64,000 nucleotides of DNA from NCBI GenBank assembly GCA_038145565.1, contig JAYQPX010000002.1, positions 4,729-68,728 of the forward strand, written 5' to 3'. The position numbers and the translations under genes were made by a program. Each line of letters opens with the position of its first letter. Position 1 is the first letter of the stretch. The DNA is from Chloroflexota bacterium (GTDB lineage Bacteria > Chloroflexota > Limnocylindria > Limnocylindrales > Limnocylindraceae). This document shows, in pieces, positions 34,898 through 44,821 of the stretch. The notes beneath the pieces are model-generated. The model was not told the DNA's origin, did no database searches, and worked only from the letters and a program-made list of their open reading frames with translations.

Positions 34898-36280
34898 ATG
34901 CGCAAGTACACGCCCTATATGATCCTGGCGATCGGTCTCCTCGCCCTGGCGATAGACCTGCTCCCAAACCTTCGCCTCCCGGACAGCCGCGCCCCAGAAG
35001 GTTCGCGCCCTATCGAGACGAAGCTCGGTCTTGACCTGCGCGGCGGACTTCGCGTTGAGTATCAGGTGCAGCCAGTTGGCGACGTGGTCGCTACGCCGGC
35101 GGACGTCGCGACCATCCGAGACATCATCGAGCGCCGCGTGAATTCGACCGGCGTTGCCGAGCCGCTGGTGCAAACACAAGGGAGCGACCGAATCATCGTG
35201 GAGCTCCCTGGAGTCAGCGATCCTGACGCCATCCGTGCCCTGCTCGGCACAACCGGCCGACTTGACTTCGTCCCGCTCCCTCCGGAAACCTACGGATCGG
35301 TAGATATCGCGACGGGCCAGCCAATTCAGGGAACAAAGCCAGTACCTACTCAAGGTGCACTGCTTGACGATTCAACGCTGACGCCACTCTTTTCGGGCGA
35401 TCAAATCGCCAGCTCTAACGTTGCAACGGATGACGTTGGTCAACGGGTCGTTGCCTTCACACTGAAGCCTGAAGGGGCCGATCTCTTTGCAACGTACACG
35501 GGTGCCAACCTTGGCTCGTACTTTGCGATTGTCATTGACGGGACCGTGGTATCAGCTCCCTACATCCAGAGTGCGATCACGGGCGGGGAAGGTCAGATAA
35601 GTGGCGGTGGTGGCGCCGGCTTCGCCTTCGAGGAGGCGAACAGCCTTGTGACCATTCTCAAATTCGGTTCACTCCCGTTCCCAATCGCGGAGATCGGCGT
35701 TACCGACGTAAAGGCGACGCTCGGGGCCGCCTTCCTGGGGCAGGCCCTCTTCGCGGGAGCGGTCGGCATCCTGCTCGTTTTCCTCTTCATGCTCTTCCAC
35801 TATCGGCTGGCTGGCGCAGTTGCATCAGTGGCACTCATCTTTTACATGCTGATTGTGCTCGCGCTCTTCCGCATTGTGCCGGTTACGCTGACACTTGCAG
35901 GGATCGCGGGGTTTGTCCTCTCGATCGGTATGGCGGTAGACGCGAACATCTTGATTTTCGAGCGGACCAAAGAAGAGCTTAGGATCGGAAAGAAGATTGT
36001 TCCCGCCGTTGAAGCGGGCTTCAGTAGGGCATGGAACTCCATCCTTGATTCGAACGTCTCTAGTTTGATTACTGCATTTATTCTCTTCTACTTCGGTTCC
36101 TCCACGATCAAGGGCTTCGCACTGGTTCTCATCATCGGCGTGCTCTGCTCAATGTTCACCGCGATTACCGTGACGCGCGTGATCTTGCGAGCAGTGATTG
36201 CTCGCTCCCTTTTCGCCTCTCCTTACCTCTACGGTGTTGGTAAGGGTGACCTCGACGGAACGGAGGCGGCTCATGGATAA
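34898..36280 (+). CDS. secD: protein translocase subunit SecD
   Basis: 460 aa, LGLDLRGGLRVEYQV, periplasmic domain then 5-6 C-terminal TM helices. Confidence 0.93.
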   Translation: MRKYTPYMILAIGLLALAIDLLPNLRLPDSRAPEGSRPIETKLGLDLRGGLRVEYQVQPVGDVVATPADVATIRDIIERRVNSTGVAEPLVQTQGSDRIIVELPGVSDPDAIRALLGTTGRLDFVPLPPETYGSVDIATGQPIQGTKPVPTQGALLDDSTLTPLFSGDQIASSNVATDDVGQRVVAFTLKPEGADLFATYTGANLGSYFAIVIDGTVVSAPYIQSAITGGEGQISGGGGAGFAFEEANSLVTILKFGSLPFPIAEIGVTDVKATLGAAFLGQALFAGAVGILLVFLFMLFHYRLAGAVASVALIFYMLIVLALFRIVPVTLTLAGIAGFVLSIGMAVDANILIFERTKEELRIGKKIVPAVEAGFSRAWNSILDSNVSSLITAFILFYFGSSTIKGFALVLIIGVLCSMFTAITVTRVILRAVIARSLFASPYLYGVGKGDLDGTEAAHG

Positions 36281-37235
36281 GATCATTGCGCGCAAACGTT
36301 GGTTTTTCCTCTTCTCGCTCCTACTTACCATCCCAGGACTCGCGTTCATTGCCGCCACTCCGCTCACGGACGGGGAAATTGGGCTGAAGTTCTCAGTTGA
36401 ATTCACGGGCGGTACGGTTTGGGAGTTCAAACTCGAGGAGCCCACAGAGCCAGCGGTCATTCGAGATGCAGTTGTTGCGCTAGGGCACCCAGAAGCCCAG
36501 GTAACGGAAGGGGAGGGCGGATTCCTCCTCCTTCGCACAAAGCCACTCGATCTCCAATCTGGGGTCGACACTGATCCATCGCAACCCGCTGGAGCAGAGC
36601 TTGCGGAAATTCGAAACGCAGTCGTCGCTGCTGCCGGTCCAATTGCCGAAGAGGGATCGCTCTCAACGGTGGGCCCCGTGATCAGCCAGGACTTGACCCA
36701 GCAGGCGCTCCTCCTTGTTGTCCTCGGTTCGCTCGGGATCGTGCTTTGGATGACCTACCGATTCCGAAACGTGCGTTTCGGGGCTGCCGCACTCGTCGCA
36801 CTCTTGCATGACGTGATCGTCACGGTTGGCTTCTTTGCGGTGGCTGGCACGTTCTTCAACGTTGAGGTTGACGCCCTCTTCATTACCGCCATGCTCACGA
36901 TCATCGGATTCTCCGTGCACGACACGATCGTGGTCTTTGACCGAGTCCGCGAAAACATCGCTCGGTACGCTGGTGCTCCATTCGGCCAGATCGTGAATCA
37001 TTCAATCGTTCAGACGATGGGTCGTTCTCTGAACACCACCGCAACGGTGCTCGTCACGCTGTTGGCACTTCTCGTGTTCGCCGGTGGCTCAATTCGCACG
37101 TTTGTGCTTGCGCTCTTTGTTGGAATCCTCTCTGGAACCTACTCATCGATCTTCAACGCCAGCCCGCTCCTCGTCTGGTGGGAAGAGCGCGTTGCGGCGC
37201 GAAAGAGTTCGCCGAGCGCACGCCGAACCGCCTAG
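36273..37235 (+). CDS. secF: protein translocase subunit SecF
   Basis: About 320 aa from ATG 36273 (MDKIIARKRWFF...), FSVEFTGGT, RND-like TM bundle; 8-nt overlap with secD. Confidence 0.93.
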   Translation: MDKIIARKRWFFLFSLLLTIPGLAFIAATPLTDGEIGLKFSVEFTGGTVWEFKLEEPTEPAVIRDAVVALGHPEAQVTEGEGGFLLLRTKPLDLQSGVDTDPSQPAGAELAEIRNAVVAAAGPIAEEGSLSTVGPVISQDLTQQALLLVVLGSLGIVLWMTYRFRNVRFGAAALVALLHDVIVTVGFFAVAGTFFNVEVDALFITAMLTIIGFSVHDTIVVFDRVRENIARYAGAPFGQIVNHSIVQTMGRSLNTTATVLVTLLALLVFAGGSIRTFVLALFVGILSGTYSSIFNASPLLVWWEERVAARKSSPSARRTA

Positions 37236-37253
37236 CGTGTCGGTGGGTTCACG

Positions 37254-39047
37254 GTGAGCCCTGCCCCCGCAAGCAGCCGGATCATCGCCCAACGCCGCTG
37301 GCGTGTTGAGGCCGCCGAGCCAGAGACAGTCCGAACGCTCCGTCAAGCCCTTAGCACCAGTGATGTGCGCGAGGATCTGCGTGACTCGCTCGCCGAACTT
37401 CTCGCAGCGAGAACTACTCTCGCCTCAGATGCTCTGCAGCGTTTTCTCGATCCTCGTGATCGAACGTTGCATGCGCCAGAGCTCCTCCCTGATGCAGCAG
37501 GCCTCATCGCGCGCTTGCGAGCTGCTGGTGAGGCAGGGGAGCCCGTCCTCGTCATTGGTGACTTTGATGCGGACGGCTTGACAGGGGCGGCGATCATGAT
37601 CCGTGCGTTGCGGGCGATCGGTGCGATTGCCGAGGGCTACATTCCAAATCGCGAAAGCGACGGGCATGGCATCCCTGAGGGGGCGCTCGTCGCTGCGCAA
37701 GAGGACGGCGTAGAGCTGATCCTGGCCGTTGACTGCGGCACGGCGGATCGTGCGCGGGTCGCGGAGGCCTTGGATCTTGGGATCCTGGTCGGAATCATTG
37801 ACCATCACGCGGTTCCGAGTGACCCCGCAAAGGCTGCCTGGCTCGTGAATCCGAATCGTCCAGATGCGACGTATCCATTCCCGAACCTTGCGGGGAGCGG
37901 GCTCGCCTTCAAGATTGCACAAGGAATCCTCGCCGACCATCCAGAGAGGCGTGCTCTGCTCGGAGAACTCTCTGTGCTCGCGATGATTGGCGGAGTGGCA
38001 GACATGGTGCCGATCATGGACGAGTTTCGGGTGATCGTGCGTTCTGCGTTGAAGGTACTGAACGGGGCGGGACGAACTCCTGCCGGAGTCCAGGCGCTCC
38101 TTGCGAGTGCTGGTGCTGAGGGGCCACATCGCGTTGAAGTGGTGGGCTTCACACTTGCACCGCGCATCAACGCAGCGGGTCGAATCGGAGACGCCCGCCC
38201 GGCGCTCGATCTGCTGACGACGGATGTTCCGGACGAAGCGGCGGAGCTTTCGGCGCAGCTGGAGGCACTGAACCTTGAACGGCGAGATATCTCTCGTGAG
38301 GCGCTCGATGCTGCGCGCGCCGCGCTGGGTGCGGATGGACTGACGACTCGACATGACGCGCGAGCGCGGATTGAGCCGGCACTCATCGCCGTGGCTGGCG
38401 ACTGGTCGCCTGGCGTGCTCGGTCTCGTGGCCGGGCGACTGGCAGAGGAGTTTGGTCGTCCAGCGCTTGTTGCAAACCTCAGCGAACCCGTAACTGATAC
38501 CTCAATCCTTCGATGCTCGATCCGTGCCCCGCGCGGATTTTCGGTTGCGAAGGCGTTGGAGGCTGTTTCCGCCCGGTTGATTCGGCACGGCGGGCATGAT
38601 GGCGCAGGTGGCTGCACGGCAGCGAGTGGCGAATGGGAGGGACTAGTTGCCGAACTTGCAACAGTCTTTGAAGGCCAGAGCTCGCTGCGAGAGCCGGTGC
38701 TCTCCGTTGATCTCGAGCCAGCGTCTGGACGCCGTTCACTCGAATCCCTCGCGACGCTCGTGGACTACCTCTCGCCAACGGGCGTGGGGAATCCTGATCC
38801 ACTCTTCCTCTTCAGGGGGGTCGCCCTTACGAGTGTTCGCCTCGTCGGTGATGGGAAACATGCGCGTTTGACGTTGGAGATTGATGGGGGCCGCACCGAC
38901 GCGATCGCTTTCGGTCGAGCGGATGCGGCTGGCCACGAGGGAAGCACCATTGATCTGGTGGCGCGAATTGTTCAGCGAACGTACCGCGGGACGGAGAAGA
39001 TCGAGCTGCATGTGCTCGATCTTCAAACAGCGGAGGTCGACACATGA
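37254..39047 (+). CDS. recJ: single-stranded-DNA-specific exonuclease RecJ
   Basis: 597 aa, DHH family motifs (GDFDADGLTG, DCGT, IIDHH) and DHHA1 (GGHDGAGG); GTG start. Confidence 0.93.
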   Translation: MSPAPASSRIIAQRRWRVEAAEPETVRTLRQALSTSDVREDLRDSLAELLAARTTLASDALQRFLDPRDRTLHAPELLPDAAGLIARLRAAGEAGEPVLVIGDFDADGLTGAAIMIRALRAIGAIAEGYIPNRESDGHGIPEGALVAAQEDGVELILAVDCGTADRARVAEALDLGILVGIIDHHAVPSDPAKAAWLVNPNRPDATYPFPNLAGSGLAFKIAQGILADHPERRALLGELSVLAMIGGVADMVPIMDEFRVIVRSALKVLNGAGRTPAGVQALLASAGAEGPHRVEVVGFTLAPRINAAGRIGDARPALDLLTTDVPDEAAELSAQLEALNLERRDISREALDAARAALGADGLTTRHDARARIEPALIAVAGDWSPGVLGLVAGRLAEEFGRPALVANLSEPVTDTSILRCSIRAPRGFSVAKALEAVSARLIRHGGHDGAGGCTAASGEWEGLVAELATVFEGQSSLREPVLSVDLEPASGRRSLESLATLVDYLSPTGVGNPDPLFLFRGVALTSVRLVGDGKHARLTLEIDGGRTDAIAFGRADAAGHEGSTIDLVARIVQRTYRGTEKIELHVLDLQTAEVDT

Positions 39048-40255
39048 GCGGGAACCGTTCGCTTAAACCACGGCCGCGCCTCAGCAGCGATCGCGCCAGC
39101 TCGTCTCGCCCGTATCACGCGCTCCGTCCGCCTACGCCCACGCGAGGGAGTCGGGGACCTGGCTGGCGTGGCGCGGGCCCGCAGGCTGCGCCGCTGCTCG
39201 CCGCGCTCCTCCTCGCTGCGAGTTCGCTTGCAACGTTCTGGGTTGCCACCCTCTCCTCATCACGAGATGAGACGGGCGGGGAAGGGGCAGCCGTTACGGA
39301 CGGCGTACTTGTCGATGGGAGCATCATCTTCGGGCGCGACGGAGCGCTATGGTCGTTGAGCGGGGCGTCAATCTCGCAAGTGTCCACCTCGACCAGAGAT
39401 GGTGAGCCAGCATGGAGTAGGGATGGAGCCTGGCTCTATTTCATTCGCACCAGGAACGAGATTGGGGGTCGACTCAATGCAGCGGGTGGCGTCACACCCT
39501 ATCGGTTGACCGTTCCAACGCTCATGCGCGTTGGCGCACGAGGGGGTGACGCGGAAGTCGTGCTGGATGGGCTCCTGGTGGATCAGAACCCGAAGCTGAA
39601 CTTCTCCTCGTTCATGTTTGATCCAGCGATCGGTGTAAACGGCGAAGTTGCACTCGCGACGGACTACAAGGGTGCATCGCAACTCGGAGGGGATGTGATC
39701 ATCCGCATCTTTCAGCCGGACGGCACAATGTACACGCCTGTACTCCCTGATGAGGCGCCTTACGGCCACCAGGATCCAGCATGGAGTGCGGATGGGAGCG
39801 GCCTCTACTACGTACAGAACGGTCAAGAGGCGGGCGTCTCGGCGTCAAGGATCATTTATTTCGACGTTGCTGCCGGTCGGATCGTTCGATTCGGCGCTAA
39901 GGGATTCATTGAACCAGCGGTCAGCCCGGACGGTCGGTGGGTTGCGGCAACGCGGATTGACAAGAAGGGAAGCGATGTTGTGATCTTGAGTGCAGCTACG
40001 GGAGAGATTGTTCTTGAGGTGACCAGGACCGGTCGCTCGTGGTCTCCGACGTGGTCTCCCGATGGTGGTTCGCTGATCTTCTTGGCGGCGCGTGAGAGCG
40101 CTGCGACGCTGCAGCAGGTGACCATCAGCGCGCCACCTTCAGGCATCCCCTCAATTGTTGCAAGTGTTCAGCTACTGCGTGACCTCGTTGACGCAGGAGT
40201 ACGGCCCGCATGGGGGCCGCTCAGTTTTGAGGTGCACGAAGGTGCCTCCCCTTGA
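39044..40255 (+). CDS. membrane-anchored PD40/TolB-like beta-propeller repeat protein
   Basis: 403 aa, basic N-terminus, one TM helix, repeated W/V-SxDG blades (AWSRDGAWLYF, AWSADGSGLYY, VSPDGRWVA, WSPDGGSLIF). Confidence 0.75.
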   Translation: MSGNRSLKPRPRLSSDRASSSRPYHALRPPTPTRGSRGPGWRGAGPQAAPLLAALLLAASSLATFWVATLSSSRDETGGEGAAVTDGVLVDGSIIFGRDGALWSLSGASISQVSTSTRDGEPAWSRDGAWLYFIRTRNEIGGRLNAAGGVTPYRLTVPTLMRVGARGGDAEVVLDGLLVDQNPKLNFSSFMFDPAIGVNGEVALATDYKGASQLGGDVIIRIFQPDGTMYTPVLPDEAPYGHQDPAWSADGSGLYYVQNGQEAGVSASRIIYFDVAAGRIVRFGAKGFIEPAVSPDGRWVAATRIDKKGSDVVILSAATGEIVLEVTRTGRSWSPTWSPDGGSLIFLAARESAATLQQVTISAPPSGIPSIVASVQLLRDLVDAGVRPAWGPLSFEVHEGASP

Positions 40256-41109
40256 GTCGCTATCTGGATCTCCTCGAGGCGTCCATAACGCGACGCGGTA
40301 GTCGCTTGTGCGTGGGGATTGACCCCGATCCAGCTCTACTTCCCGCGGCGCACTCAACGGGCGAGGAGGGGCTTCGTCGCTGGTGTGAGCTATTGATTAG
40401 CGCGACGGCGGATCATGCGGCCGCCTATAAGGTGAACCTTGCCTTCTTTGAAGCCTACGGATCAGCGGGCCTGCGCGTTGCTGAATCTATCCGCTCCATT
40501 CTGCCGAGCGAAACGCCCCTCATTGTTGATGTGAAGCGAGGAGATATTGGAAGTACAGTTGCCGCGCAGGCGCGCGCACTCTATGACGTCCTTGGGGCTG
40601 ACGCGGTCACGGCGAATCCGTATCTTGGGATCGGTGCCCTTGAGCCGCTTCTTATGAGAGAGGATCGATTTGTCTATCTCCTCTGCCGAACCTCGAACCC
40701 TGAAGCGCCAGAGCTTCAAGAGTTGCGCGTCGCGGCTGGTGGTTCTGCACCAGAAGAGCCGCTCTATCTTCGCGTCGCTCGACTCGCAGCCGCGCGACCG
40801 GAGGCCCGCGCGGGACGCATCGGCCTTGTAGCGGGAGCAACCGCGGCGACGGCGATGAAACGACTTCGTGAGGTCGCACCGATCGCGCCACTCCTCGTTC
40901 CCGGAATCGGCGCTCAGGGGGGCGATCTCGCGGCGGTGCTGGCGCATGGTGAAACACGTGGAACCACGAGCGCACGCGTTGGAGGCTCACTCTTGGTCAA
41001 TGTGGGGCGGGGGATCTCGGGATCCGCGACTGATGGCGGAGCGACCGAGGACGCGATCCACGCTCGTTCGGCGGAGTGGGCGAGTCGCCTCGCTATACTC
41101 ACCCCATAG
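40252..41109 (+). CDS. pyrF: orotidine 5'-phosphate decarboxylase (type 2)
   Basis: 285 aa, LCVGIDPD, KVNLAFFEAYG, DVKRGDIGST motifs; TTG start in a TTGA overlap with the upstream gene. Confidence 0.88.
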   Translation: MSRYLDLLEASITRRGSRLCVGIDPDPALLPAAHSTGEEGLRRWCELLISATADHAAAYKVNLAFFEAYGSAGLRVAESIRSILPSETPLIVDVKRGDIGSTVAAQARALYDVLGADAVTANPYLGIGALEPLLMREDRFVYLLCRTSNPEAPELQELRVAAGGSAPEEPLYLRVARLAAARPEARAGRIGLVAGATAATAMKRLREVAPIAPLLVPGIGAQGGDLAAVLAHGETRGTTSARVGGSLLVNVGRGISGSATDGGATEDAIHARSAEWASRLAILTP

Positions 41110-41110
41110 G

Positions 41111-41126
41111 GCGTCCGTTCGGACGC
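41111..41126 (+). terminator. GC hairpin directly after the pyrF stop (possible U-tract-less terminator or processing site)
   Basis: GCGTCC-gttc-GGACGC, 6-bp stem and 4-nt loop, no downstream T run. Confidence 0.3.
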
Positions 41127-41148
41127 GTCAGCGTAAGGAGTACTGCAC

Positions 41149-41352
41149 GTGCCGAACATCGGACCTGGCGAACTCATCCTTATTCTCGCCGTGATCCTTG
41201 TGGTCTTCGGCCCTGGCAAACTTCCGGAGATTGGCGCTGCGGTGGGTCGATCGTTCCGAGAGTTTCGAAAGGCGACCTCCGAGGCGGTCGATTCCGGCGA
41301 GGAGCGTAGCGCGCGGAAGAGTCCAGCGCGGCGCCCAAAGCGAAAGGGCTGA
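41149..41352 (+). CDS. tatA: twin-arginine translocase subunit TatA/E
   Basis: 67 aa, GPGELILILAVILVVFGPGKLPEIG; SD AAGGAG 8 nt upstream of the GTG. Confidence 0.92.
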   Translation: MPNIGPGELILILAVILVVFGPGKLPEIGAAVGRSFREFRKATSEAVDSGEERSARKSPARRPKRKG

Positions 41353-41381
41353 GTCACATCGCCAAGCGAGGAGCATCCTGA

Positions 41382-42113
41382 ATGGCGGTCGATTCTGCAC
41401 TTCATGAGGCGGCGAGCGTGACGCGTACGGCGCCGCTGATTGATCATCTCCGCGAGCTTCGCCGCCGCGTACTGATTTGCACGGTCGCCGTGGTTGTCGG
41501 CGCAGCTGCAGCATTCAGCGTTTCTGATCAGCTCATTGAACTGCTCCGCGGTCCACTCGGATCTACCAAGCTCTACTTCACTGGAGTTGGAGATGCATTC
41601 GGCATACGCATGCAACTGAGCCTCATCGGTGGACTTGCCATCGCAATGCCAATCCTCCTCTGGCAAGTGTGGGCATTCATTAGTCCGGGACTCACGAGCG
41701 CCGAGCGTCGGAGTGCACGGCCGTGGCTTCCGCTCGCTCTGGCACTCTTCCTGATTGGCGCGGTGGTTGCATGGAGCATCCTTCCGATCGCCGTGGGCTT
41801 CCTCCTCGGATTCGCAAGCGAGGATCTCTTGCCGATGATCGCTGCGGATCGATACTTCGGCTTTGTGAGTGGTCTCGTCATTCTGTTTGCGGTCGCTGCT
41901 GAGTATCCGATCGTTCTCGTCTTCCTCTCTCGCGTGGGGCTGGTCACCTCAGCGAAGCTACGAACCTGGCGCCGCGGCGCGATTGTCGGCGTCGTCATCA
42001 TCAGTGCCATCGCAACGCCAGGAACCGATCTGGTGAGCCCGCTCGTCTTGGCCATCACACTCCTCTTGCTCTATGAGTTCTCCATCCTCCTCGTGCGCGC
42101 GGGTGGACGATGA
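41382..42113 (+). CDS. tatC: twin-arginine translocase subunit TatC
   Basis: 243 aa, six TM helices, HLRELRRR N-terminal motif. Confidence 0.92.
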   Translation: MAVDSALHEAASVTRTAPLIDHLRELRRRVLICTVAVVVGAAAAFSVSDQLIELLRGPLGSTKLYFTGVGDAFGIRMQLSLIGGLAIAMPILLWQVWAFISPGLTSAERRSARPWLPLALALFLIGAVVAWSILPIAVGFLLGFASEDLLPMIAADRYFGFVSGLVILFAVAAEYPIVLVFLSRVGLVTSAKLRTWRRGAIVGVVIISAIATPGTDLVSPLVLAITLLLLYEFSILLVRAGGR

Positions 42114-42991
42114 CCGCCGACCGACGTGTGATTCTTCTGACCGGGCTCTCTGGGGCCGGTAAGACAACGGCGACCAAGTCGCTGGAGGATATCGGCTTTC
42201 GAACCATCGATAACTTGCCCCACGAGCTCCTTCCGGCGCTCGTGGAGAAGATTGCTGCTGATCCGCAGCGGTTCGCAAGGGTCTGTTTGGTGCTTGATGC
42301 GCGAGATGGCGATCCGAGCACGACGATTGAACTGGTGCGCACCGCGGCCGCGGCGATTGGTGTAAGTGCGCGTATCATCTATCTGGATGCCCGAGACGAG
42401 GTTCTGATTCGCCGATTCAGCGAAACTCGACACCGACATCCGCTTGGCGGAGCAGTTGATGCCCCTAGATCGGTTGCAGATGCGATTGCAGCGGAGCGCA
42501 CGCTGCTGAGTGCGACGCGTGAATCTGCGGATGCAGTGATTGACACAAGTGATCTAAGCGGAAGGGAACTGCGCGATCGTCTCGTTGCCGAAGCGCTTGA
42601 GAGTGATGATCGGGTCGCCATCCGGCTGACGAGTTTCGGATACAAGCACGGCATTCCTCTTGAAGCGGATCTCGTGTTTGACGTTCGAGCGGCGGCGAAC
42701 CCGCACTGGGTGCCTGAGCTTCGCCCCCTCGATGGTCGTTCGGCTGAGATCAGCAGCTACGTACTCGGCGATCCCATTGGCGCTTCCTTGCTTCAATCAA
42801 TTGAGACCTACCTTGCTGCGAACGTGCCGGCATATCTTGCGGATGGTCGTGGCCGCCTGAGCGTTGCGATTGGTTGCACTGGAGGTCGACATCGGTCCGT
42901 TGCCATTGTTGAGGCGCTTGCACGTCGCCTGCCGGCGATCGTTGGCCCCGCCCCGATTGTGGTGGAGCATCGCGATCTCCCGAGGGGCTAA
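42110..42991 (+). CDS. rapZ: RNase adapter / nucleotide-binding protein RapZ (YvcJ)
   Basis: 293 aa, LLTGLSGAGKTTA...DNLP, C-terminal CTGGRHRSV motif. Confidence 0.92.
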   Translation: MTADRRVILLTGLSGAGKTTATKSLEDIGFRTIDNLPHELLPALVEKIAADPQRFARVCLVLDARDGDPSTTIELVRTAAAAIGVSARIIYLDARDEVLIRRFSETRHRHPLGGAVDAPRSVADAIAAERTLLSATRESADAVIDTSDLSGRELRDRLVAEALESDDRVAIRLTSFGYKHGIPLEADLVFDVRAAANPHWVPELRPLDGRSAEISSYVLGDPIGASLLQSIETYLAANVPAYLADGRGRLSVAIGCTGGRHRSVAIVEALARRLPAIVGPAPIVVEHRDLPRG

Positions 42992-42994
42992 CCG

Positions 42995-44008
42995 GTGGGG
43001 CTCCGCTCCGGTCTAAAACGCGCACTCCAACAGGGACGATCGCACGGTGGGAGCCGTCGCGTCGTGGTGCTTGGCGGCGGGACGGGGATGGCCACTGCGC
43101 TCCGCGGTCTTAAGCGGGAGGGGGTTTCGCTCGCCGCAATCGTTTCTCTCGCGGATGATGGGGGTTCCTCTGGAATCCTTCGCGAACAGCTCGGCATCCC
43201 ACCCGTCGGTGATCTTCGCAACTGCCTCATTGCACTTGCTGATGCTGAATCAACGGCGGGCGCGCTCCTCCAGCATCGCCTTCCAGCGGAACGGGGCGCA
43301 ACACGTGGCCACCCTGTTGGGAACCTCCTCTTGGCAGCGGCGATTGCTGAGGAGGACGGGGATCTTGAGCGCGGCATTGAGCGCGTCCATAGGATTCTCC
43401 ATGTGCGCGGGCGCGTGATCCCCGCAACATCCGAAGCGTTGCGTCTACGTGGCCGTACGCGTGGGGGTGTCAGTGTTGTCGGCCAGGCGGCGCTTGCGCG
43501 AACGCGGGGCATTGCATCGGTTTCTCTAGACGTAGGAGCGATCAAGGCTACCGCCAGCGCGCTCGATGCGATTCGAGAAGCTGATCTGCTCGTTCTCGGA
43601 CCTGGAAGTCTCTACACGAGCCTGATCCCGCACCTTCTCGTACCAGAGATTCGTGAGGCACTCGCGCAGCGGCGCGCACCACTGATCTGGGTTGCGAACG
43701 TTGATGAGCAGGAGGGTGAGACGGAAGGAATGGATCTTGACGCGCACCTTGATGCACTGGTGGAGCACGGTGCGGCGAATTTGATTGACCTTGTGCTCGC
43801 TTCGTCAGTCGCGCGACGTGGGAGTCGCGAGGTCGGGATACCGCTGCAACCGCGCTTCACGAGGAGCGCGAGTGCCAGTGGGGTTCCGCGCCCTCCGATT
43901 GAGGTACGCGCGATCGCCTCCCGACTCCGTCCTCACCTGCATGATCCAGTTCTTCTCGCGCAGGCCCTGCTGCGTTCGCGACCGCTTCTGAACGTGGTGC
44001 GTGCGTGA
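42995..44008 (+). CDS. yvcK: YvcK/CofD-family (UPF0052) gluconeogenesis/cell-shape factor
   Basis: 337 aa, VVLGGGTGMATALRGLK...SLADDGGSSGILR...PVGDLRNCLIALA. Confidence 0.9.
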   Translation: MGLRSGLKRALQQGRSHGGSRRVVVLGGGTGMATALRGLKREGVSLAAIVSLADDGGSSGILREQLGIPPVGDLRNCLIALADAESTAGALLQHRLPAERGATRGHPVGNLLLAAAIAEEDGDLERGIERVHRILHVRGRVIPATSEALRLRGRTRGGVSVVGQAALARTRGIASVSLDVGAIKATASALDAIREADLLVLGPGSLYTSLIPHLLVPEIREALAQRRAPLIWVANVDEQEGETEGMDLDAHLDALVEHGAANLIDLVLASSVARRGSREVGIPLQPRFTRSASASGVPRPPIEVRAIASRLRPHLHDPVLLAQALLRSRPLLNVVRA

Positions 44009-44814
44009 GCCAGAGTGCACGTGAGCTCGTCGCGAATGTGCGGCACGAACTGGCGGCCGTTGTCCCAGCCCAGCAGTGCTGCCGAATGGCCGAACTTGAC
44101 GGACTCCGCGACGCGGGTCGTCGATCCGATGTGGCGATCGCTCGTACGGTGCATCAACTCAGCGGAGACACAGGTACCGAGGGAGAAGCGGGGACTCCAG
44201 CGGAGCGAGCGCTACGGCGTGCCGCACTGGTTGTTGCGCCACGGGCCCCACAACACTGTCGCCTCGCATTCCTTCGAGGGCGGCTCTTAGCTCGGGGCTC
44301 GCTCTCTCTTGCATCGGGGCGAATCCACTTGGAAGTGGTGCTCCCTCAAAACGAGGCGACGCTACTCACGCGCGCCTTCTCGCAGGTGGGACCCCCTGGA
44401 AACTTCCGTCTTCGTCGTGGACGTGGAGTGATTGTGTGGAAGAACCGAGCGGAGATCTTTGATCTCTTGAGACGACTCGGGGCGGGAAGTTCGGTTGCAG
44501 AGATGGAGACGCGCGGTGTGCTGCGCGAAGTTCGCGGTGAGTTGAACCGAAGCATCAATGCGGAGACGGCGAATCTGAAGCGAACGGTCCGTGCAGGGAT
44601 GCGGCAGGCCGAGGCGATTCGAAGGCTGGACGATGCTGGTGCGCTGGATGTGAGCGGCACGACGCGACGCGTTGCAGAGGCTCGGCGTACGCATCCCGAC
44701 GCAACGATCGCTGAGCTTGGGGAGCGACTTCGCCTGACCCGCAGCGCCGTGCAACGCAGCCTTAGATCCCTTGAACGTCAGGCGGCGGCACTTCCACCAC
44801 GTGTTCTGCCATGA
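44005..44814 (+). CDS. whiA: DNA-binding sporulation/cell-division regulator WhiA (rather short, 269 aa)
   Basis: N-terminal CCRMAELDGL, LAGLIDADG-like FLRGRLLARGSLS, NRSINAETANLKRT, C-terminal HTH; GTGA overlap with yvcK. Confidence 0.85.
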   Translation: MSQSARELVANVRHELAAVVPAQQCCRMAELDGLRDAGRRSDVAIARTVHQLSGDTGTEGEAGTPAERALRRAALVVAPRAPQHCRLAFLRGRLLARGSLSLASGRIHLEVVLPQNEATLLTRAFSQVGPPGNFRLRRGRGVIVWKNRAEIFDLLRRLGAGSSVAEMETRGVLREVRGELNRSINAETANLKRTVRAGMRQAEAIRRLDDAGALDVSGTTRRVAEARRTHPDATIAELGERLRLTRSAVQRSLRSLERQAAALPPRVLP

Positions 44815-44821
44815 TCCTCAT

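Noticed and set aside
44005-44814. WhiA as a truncated pseudogene (269 aa versus about 290-330 typical)
   Set aside because: The frame is intact, and all hallmark blocks are present (N-terminal CC..AEL, LAGLIDADG-like helices, NR..NxETAN, C-terminal HTH). It is tightly coupled to its neighbours, so it is more likely a compact orthologue.
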